Positions 10,558 to 15,821 of a DNA stretch of 32,000 bases are shown here, piece after piece; within the stretch, counting starts at the first letter, position 1, and each line of letters starts with the position of its first letter. The notes beneath the pieces were generated by a model. That model had not been told where the DNA came from, ran no database searches, and saw nothing but the letters and a program-made list of their open reading frames with translations. A program made the translations under genes and the position numbers. The stretch comes from Pseudomonas aeruginosa (GTDB taxonomy: Bacteria > Pseudomonadota > Gammaproteobacteria > Pseudomonadales > Pseudomonadaceae): contig NZ_LN831024.1 of assembly GCF_001457615.1 (NCBI RefSeq), forward strand, positions 270,001-302,000. The letters run 5' to 3'.

Positions 10558-11490
10558 TCAGATATCGAATACCGGTACCTGGTTTCCACCCAGTACCTCG
10601 ATCTTGTCGGTCCGGTAGACCACCATCGCCTTGCTGCAGGTCACCGTGGAACGACCCTCTTTGCTGGCATTGAGATACACCGTGCCCTTGCCGGCGTAGA
10701 CCGCTCTCGCGTTGGCGGCGATGCGCAGCTCGAGGGCCGCCGCTTCTCCGTCCTCGTCCCCGGCGAAGTCGCACCCGTAGAGGGCGATGGCCAGTTCCTT
10801 GCCGAACAGTTCGAGAAGGGTCGCACCAAAGGCCTGGGGCTCGACGAACTGCTTGCCCTGGACACGCCGGGCCATGACGTCCGCGGTGCTCTCGCCGTGG
10901 GGGTTGCCCAGCCAGAGTTGGCCAGCCGTGCCGTGGGTGGCGATGAGGATCGTATCGATGAAGTACTGTTCGCCGCTCTCCGCGGCAACCTTGCCTAGAT
11001 CCCGAACCAACTGGGCGTAGTTGGTATCTGCCTTGATCGCGAAGGCCGGCTTGTAGAGCTTGTTCCGCGCATAGGCGACGACCGCCTCCGCGAAGGCGCT
11101 GCCGGAGTCGCCTCTCCGGATCTCCTGCTGGAAGTCGTGGTAGATGACCAGGACCGCCCCTTTCCTGACCGGGCCGCTGAGCCCTCCCTTGACGATGTCG
11201 AGGGCGAAACGGAAATTGGCGCTGAGCACCTGGGACGCATGGGTAGGAAAGGTATCCGTATCGGTCAGCAGTTCTACTTCGGTACCGACCAGCACCTCCT
11301 TTCGTTCGTCGCCCTCCGCCCAGGGCGTGTCGTCCACATCCGTTCCGTAGATCCTTGCGTCCAGGTCGACCTCGACGAGCGTACTCACTGTGAAGGGCAC
11401 CAGAAGCTCTTCCGGGCCGAGTCGATTCTTGACCACGGCGCCCTTGCCTTGCTTGGCGATTTTCGTGACTACGCCATGCCATGAGCGCAT
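10558..11490 (-). CDS. Hypothetical protein with a DUF4347/CHAT-like alpha/beta domain (HG ... YGC motifs)
   Basis: 310 aa from ATG 11490 (AGGAG 8 nt upstream). The C-terminal half carries ILIATHGTAGQLWLGN and IALYGCDFAGDEDGEAAALELRIAANARAVYA. These resemble the DUF4347 pattern (SHG-x-G-x-L-x-LG ... LYGC ... G) and the His/Cys dyad order of clan-CD peptidases. G+C looks slightly lower than in the core genes. Confidence 0.55.
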   Translation of the reverse strand: MRSWHGVVTKIAKQGKGAVVKNRLGPEELLVPFTVSTLVEVDLDARIYGTDVDDTPWAEGDERKEVLVGTEVELLTDTDTFPTHASQVLSANFRFALDIVKGGLSGPVRKGAVLVIYHDFQQEIRRGDSGSAFAEAVVAYARNKLYKPAFAIKADTNYAQLVRDLGKVAAESGEQYFIDTILIATHGTAGQLWLGNPHGESTADVMARRVQGKQFVEPQAFGATLLELFGKELAIALYGCDFAGDEDGEAAALELRIAANARAVYAGKGTVYLNASKEGRSTVTCSKAMVVYRTDKIEVLGGNQVPVFDI

Positions 11491-11710
11491 CCTGTTGCTC
11501 CTGTGGGAGTCCTGGTAGGAACGGCATCCGAGCATGCAGAACTATAGACGTGAAACGGCCAGCCCCGAGGAACTATCCGCCGATCGACCCTTCATCTGGC
11601 CCCGGCCTTGAGTGCCATTCCCGGCCGGACAGGATCGGTTGCTCTGGTCTCTGTGGCGAGGGACAGGCGCTGCTCGGCGGAGCGGGTGGCGGCGAGGCAG
11701 GTCTGAAAGC

Positions 11711-11734
11711 AAAAAGCCCGCACAAGGCGGGCTT
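11711..11734 (-). terminator. Orphan rho-independent terminator at the GC-rich side of the islet junction
   Basis: The minus strand reads AAGCCCGC-cttgt-GCGGGCTT followed by TTT. No minus-strand gene ends nearby; the nearest is the immunity gene ~820 nt upstream. Confidence 0.5.
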
Positions 11735-11808
11735 CTGGAACCCGGCGGGCCTCTAACCCGTTCTGTAACTAATTGAATTTATTTATATTTTTAATTTACA
11801 GAAAACGT

Positions 11809-11832
11809 TGGCATACAGGATGGCATACAAGC
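11809..11832. repeat. Tandem direct repeat TGGCATACA (12-bp period, 2 copies)
   Basis: TGGCATACAgga|TGGCATACAagc, read directly, just inside the left islet junction. Confidence 0.6.
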
Positions 11833-12558
11833 TGCCGGTTACTGGAAGGGATTTGATCATTTCTTGAGCTACCCGATAGGGGTAGGTATCAAAGACAGAC
11901 AACCCTGCAAAAACCACAGTTAGAGGGAAAACGCGAGTCTGCGTACCCGTATAGGGTGGGGGCCATCGGAAGGACCCAGGAAAGTGGAGGCTGGGTTAGA
12001 TCGGCAGCGGATCGACACGGAGCCGGGGCGGAGTTTCTCGCCGCTGAAGGCTTACCAACGCGGGGGAGAGGGGGCTAACTGATATCCCCTTTTTTTCGGT
12101 GTTATTGGTGTTCAAGGTGTTAGAAAAACGCTGGAGCCCAGTAATCACGAGGGCTCCTGCGATATAACACTTCAGAAAAATGACCAAACACCAAGTGTTA
12201 TGAACACCGCTGGGGTTATGAGGCGGGGGCTTGAGTCAACCAGGCTTCATGCTCTGAGCAGTTGTTCTACACCAATCCCGGAACTGATCTCAGCGAGGTG
12301 GCGCTCCCCAAGGTACTTTGCTCCACCTGGGGCCATCAGGGGGAGATTGAACTCGGATAACCCGGATGACCGAGTCGTAGGAACGCTGGCTAGTCACTCG
12401 CGTCGGCGGATAAATGTTATCGATATGATGGGCCGGAAGCCTGGCCTGACTGGTATTTCTGTACGGCCCAGGGCCAAAAACCAGGCTTTGTACCGGCGCA
12501 ACTCCCGCAGGGAGCAATATACATACCAATCTCTCTTGCTTGTATCGCAGCTTTACGT

Positions 12559-12987
12559 CTACTTTACTAGATAGACACTTGAGAGCTTGGACCTATAGAA
12601 AATAATCAGTAATAGAAGATGGGCAGTACACGAGGCGACCGAAAGCCAAGCGTAAGAGCTTTCAGAGACCGACAGTACAGAAAAGAAGAGAATTACCGCC
12701 GTCAAGAATAGTGCTGGCATAGTAAGCACAGCAGACAAGCCGGCAAATATATATCTAGAAAATAACGCATCAAACCTCAATACAAGTTTACCAATCAACA
12801 CGCCAACAACCAACGCAAGCATAGAAATACTACCAAACAAAGTTAAAAAACCAACAAACATAGATTCAACGGGAACACCCGTGGTGTCATCGGGGTTGAC
12901 GTTACCTTCCGAGAATCCAGAAAAGGATATTGCCGCACACAGGATAACCAGCAGAAATGTAAAAATCAGAAGAATGTCTTTTCTCAT
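12559..12987 (-). CDS. Four-TM membrane protein, probable pyocin-M (ColM-like) immunity protein (PmiA-type)
   Basis: 142 aa with four clear hydrophobic helices (about 5-25, 43-70, 79-107 and 113-131). It starts 55 nt downstream of the ColM-like bacteriocin on the same strand, with GAGGA before the ATG. Its role is assigned from context and from known polytopic immunity proteins of Pseudomonas ColM-like bacteriocins. Confidence 0.7.
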   Translation of the reverse strand: MRKDILLIFTFLLVILCAAISFSGFSEGNVNPDDTTGVPVESMFVGFLTLFGSISMLALVVGVLIGKLVLRFDALFSRYIFAGLSAVLTMPALFLTAVILFFSVLSVSESSYAWLSVASCTAHLLLLIIFYRSKLSSVYLVK

Positions 12988-13042
12988 GAAACCATCCTCT
13001 TATGGTAAGAAGCACCCACGAGGGGTGCCTCTTCTGTTAAAT

Positions 13043-13912
13043 TTAACCAGAAATATTAACAGGGATAGTACCCGGAATTCCAATGGGATAGGGAGTAGTG
13101 TCTTTAAATTTCTGACCCACTTCACGCCCTAAGCGAGTCATCCCTTCAGCCGTTTCGGTTCGATGATTTGAAGGATTAAAGTCATATACATCATCATATG
13201 CACGGATCTCTCCACGGAAGCTCCATTGGCCTGAGGTGGACTTAACAAGGGTGCCTGTCACTCGGAGCGTAATCTCTCCAACCGTGTTTCCAGCCACCCA
13301 ACTATCCTTAGCAGTAGCGTATGGCACATTGAAATCCACAGTGGTTTGCCCCATTGGACTGCTCGTCAGAATCCCAATGAACTGAGGCATAGCCTTTACA
13401 TTAGGTTTAATATTCAAACGTTCAATAGGGAAGTTCATTTTCTTACCTTTGCCCGTCAGGTAGTGAGCAAAAGCTGCCGCGGGCGTGTAGACCCCACCAT
13501 TGAACGTATCGATTTTTGGGCGATCCCAGTTGGGTTCATCGACACCTACAGGAGCACGATAGTTGTGATTCTGCGCGCGATTCATTGCAGTGATCCTATC
13601 GTCACCTAGAGAATACTGATTGTAGTCTGCCTGAGGTAGGTCAAAGATGTCCCATATAAACTCGAAATTGGGCTGAGGAAGGCTTGGGTATCCATAAAGA
13701 GTCGTACCCCAGTTCGCCCACTGAGTCCACAGAGAAAGCAGAGGTTTCTCCCAGTCGCCATTTACATAAGCGACGTTCCGCTGGCCTTTAGAGATATAAC
13801 CAATTTGTGCCGGATGGGGTGCAGGCCAGTTTGCGCCGTTATTCCCATAGTTGTAGGTGCCAAAACTGCCCTGACTAGCATATATTGTTGTGGTACCAAG
13901 ATCCATTGCCAT
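13043..13912 (-). CDS. paeM: Colicin M-like bacteriocin (pyocin M / PaeM type), lipid II phosphatase
   Basis: 289 aa, the published length of PaeM. The C-terminal domain carries the ColM catalytic signature D-x-Y-D-x5-H-R as DDVYDFNPSNHR (nt 13160-13195). AGGAG lies 6 nt before the ATG. Confidence 0.88.
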   Translation of the reverse strand: MAMDLGTTTIYASQGSFGTYNYGNNGANWPAPHPAQIGYISKGQRNVAYVNGDWEKPLLSLWTQWANWGTTLYGYPSLPQPNFEFIWDIFDLPQADYNQYSLGDDRITAMNRAQNHNYRAPVGVDEPNWDRPKIDTFNGGVYTPAAAFAHYLTGKGKKMNFPIERLNIKPNVKAMPQFIGILTSSPMGQTTVDFNVPYATAKDSWVAGNTVGEITLRVTGTLVKSTSGQWSFRGEIRAYDDVYDFNPSNHRTETAEGMTRLGREVGQKFKDTTPYPIGIPGTIPVNISG

Positions 13913-14159
13913 ATACAGCTCCTAGATTTTTGCTTTTAACCAATGGCTGAACTGTGGGGGAAGGCCCACGAGATCTAGATAACTAGCTATGAGTAGGTTA
14001 GGCAATCTCAAAATGGCAAAAGACTTAAATACACCCCCAAGGAACGGCAATATACAGTCTACGCACCAGATGACCCTTGATCCTCAAGCATTCTAATAGC
14101 CCTGTTTTCAAGAATTGTGTGATTTATATGGTCTTTTCATGGAGATGGACTACCCCTGG

Positions 14160-14506
14160 GTACGATAGACATTGCTGGTCGAGCGAACAGGCCTACCAAG
14201 TCGGCCTGGCGGCCAGTGCCGGCGTCCTGCTCATCGCCCTAGCGAGATCCTGGTCAGGCCAACAAGGCGGTCGATGAGCGGAGGTGGCGGTCACGCTGGC
14301 GAGCCACACAAACAAAAAATGGCCTGTGTCAAGCCCCTGGCGAAAATCGCCAGGAAGCCAAAAGCTTGAACGACACGGGGAGTTAGCTCTACTTCAGGCC
14401 GCTTTGCAGTGCTGCGACTTGTAGTGGTCTACTAATCCACAGCACCAACCCACTGGAGAGGCCGAACGCTGAGATCAAACGACGCACCGACGTGGTAGGG
14501 ATCTTC
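14160..14506 (+). pseudogene. Decayed 3' fragment of an IS256-family (Mutator-type) transposase gene
   Basis: Frame ending at 14506 reads ...LIHSTNPLERPNAEIKRRTDVVGIF (cf. the family end motif TTNxxExxNxExxRRT.VVGxFP). It runs straight into the IS407-like end, whose first bases supply the TGA. Weaker frame-shifted matches lie at the expected spacing upstream: RHCW ~270 nt upstream (cf. QRCWxH), then LPSRPGG and KPLAKIA. Confidence 0.5.
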
Positions 14507-15749
14507 TGACCTGCACCCCGATTTCAGTACCACGTCAAACTTAGTAGAGTCCGTTTTCCGAGCAGGAGACGGCAGTGAAAAAGCGTTTTACCGAAGAGCA
14601 GACTCTCGACCTCCTCAAGCAGGCGGAGGCCGGTGTGCCGGTGAAGGAACTGTGTCGCCGACACGGCTTCAGTGATGCCTCGTTCTACACCTGGCGGGCC
14701 AAGTTTGGCGGTATGACCGTGGCGGACGCCAAACGGTTGAAGGATCTTGAACTGGAAAACAGCCGATTGAAGAAGTTGCTCGCCGAGGCCCACCTCGACA
14801 TCGAGTCGCTAGTCGCTAAAAGTGGTCGCCCGGGGAAAAGGGTAAGCCCGACAGCACGGCGGGAGGCGGTGCAGGAGATGCAGGCGCGAACCGGCATCTC
14901 CGAGCGTCGTGCCTGTCAGTTGATCGGGCTGTTCCGCTCGGTGTTGCGCTACCAGCCGCGAGCCAGTGTGCAAAACACCGAGCTGCAAGCCCAACTGGTG
15001 GAACTGGCCCAAGAGCGCCGACGCTTTGGCTATCGCCGCCTGCACATCCTGCTGCGGCGTGCTGGCGTGCAGGTCAACCACAAGCGGATCTATCGCCTGT
15101 ACCGCGCTGCCGGCTTGATGGTGAAACGGCGGCGGCGCCGCCATGGCGTCGCGGTGGAGCGCGAACGTCTGAGTTTGCCGAGCGCACCAAACCAGGTTTG
15201 GTCGATGGACTTCGTCTTCGATGCACTGAGCACCGGGCGGCGGATCAAATGCCTGACGGTGGTCGATGACTTCACCAAGGAGTCGGTCGGCATCCTGGTG
15301 GAGCACGGTATCAGCGGCTTTCGCGTCACACGGGCGCTGGACGAGATGGCGCGGTTTCGCGGCTACCCGAAAGCGATCCGCACCGACCAAGGGCCCGAGC
15401 TCACCGGCAAGGCACTCGATCAATGGGCCTATCAGCGCGACATCAAGCTGAAGCTGATTCAGCCTGGTAAGCCCACGCAGAATGCCTTCATCGAGTCGTT
15501 CAACGGTAAGTTCCGGGACGAATGCCTCAATGAGCACTGGTTCTGTTCGCTGGCCGAAGCGAGAATCCGCATCGCGGCCTGGCGGCGGGATTACAACGAA
15601 CACCGACCGCACAGCGCGATTGGCAATCTCACCCCGGCAGAATTTGCTGCAAGTTGGCGAACTCGCCAGCAGCAGCTGAAGCAGGAAAAATTAATATCAA
15701 CCCCAGGGCCTGCTAACTAGGCAGCGGTACTAAAACTGGGGGCAGGTCA
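14507..15749 (+). mobile_element. Intact IS3-family, IS407-group insertion sequence (1,243 bp)
   Basis: Terminal inverted repeats TGACCTGCACCCCGATTTCAGTACC (14507-) and TGACCTGCCCCCAGTTTTAGTACC (complement of -15749) match at 21/25. TG...CA ends are typical of IS3. The flanking bases CTTC and ACAC show no target-site duplication. Confidence 0.85.
14575..15720 (+). CDS. IS3/IS407-group transposase, OrfA-OrfB read as one continuous 381-codon frame
   Basis: GTG start with GGAGA upstream. The N-terminus MKKRFTEEQTLDLLKQAEAGVPVKELCRRHGFSDASFYTWRAKFGGM plus a leucine zipper is typical OrfA. The C-terminal part has the DDE integrase core (...VWSMDFVFD...IRTDQGPELTG...NAFIESFNGKFRDECLN). Confidence 0.85.
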   Translation: MKKRFTEEQTLDLLKQAEAGVPVKELCRRHGFSDASFYTWRAKFGGMTVADAKRLKDLELENSRLKKLLAEAHLDIESLVAKSGRPGKRVSPTARREAVQEMQARTGISERRACQLIGLFRSVLRYQPRASVQNTELQAQLVELAQERRRFGYRRLHILLRRAGVQVNHKRIYRLYRAAGLMVKRRRRRHGVAVERERLSLPSAPNQVWSMDFVFDALSTGRRIKCLTVVDDFTKESVGILVEHGISGFRVTRALDEMARFRGYPKAIRTDQGPELTGKALDQWAYQRDIKLKLIQPGKPTQNAFIESFNGKFRDECLNEHWFCSLAEARIRIAAWRRDYNEHRPHSAIGNLTPAEFAASWRTRQQQLKQEKLISTPGPAN

Positions 15750-15769
15750 ACACTATGCTGGGAGAGTAG

Positions 15770-15805
15770 AAGGCAAGCCCGTAGTCTATCTCTCTGGCTT
15801 GCCTT
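15770..15805. terminator. Hairpin between the IS end and the Hsp70-like gene stop (possible bidirectional terminator)
   Basis: AAGGCAAGCC-16 nt-GGCTTGCCTT (10-bp stem), 16 nt after the minus-strand stop at 15822. It has an A-run on one side and a T-rich run on the other. Confidence 0.45.
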
Positions 15806-15821
15806 TTGTCTGCTCGGATTT

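Noticed and set aside
10298-11527. 409-aa minus-strand ORF overlapping the DUF4347-like gene
   Set aside because: It is an alternative frame that is Arg/Gly/Pro-rich and spans the intergenic hairpin. The 10558-11490 frame has a proper RBS and a balanced composition.
11700-11800. Looked for a direct repeat of the tRNA-Arg 3' end (att site) at the left islet junction
   Set aside because: By eye I found only trivial matches: cccggcggg at the junction, and an 8-nt gcgcatcc at 11485-11492 inside a gene start. An exact-match computation is needed before any att claim.
11996-12574. ORFs 11996-12187 (-), 12200-12574 (+) and 12290-12529 (-)
   Set aside because: They overlap one another, have implausible compositions and lack an RBS. 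I treat the region as non-coding or decayed rather than annotate genes; see the finding on 11755-12558.
13913-14076. Looked for a PrtN P-box array (ATTGnnnGTnnn x4) or a LexA box upstream of the pyocin M gene
   Set aside because: There are only two isolated ATTG sites ~70 nt apart and a CTGTAT...TGG half-match at the start codon. An ATCTAGAT palindrome is present at ~13971-13978, but nothing matches either consensus well enough to call.
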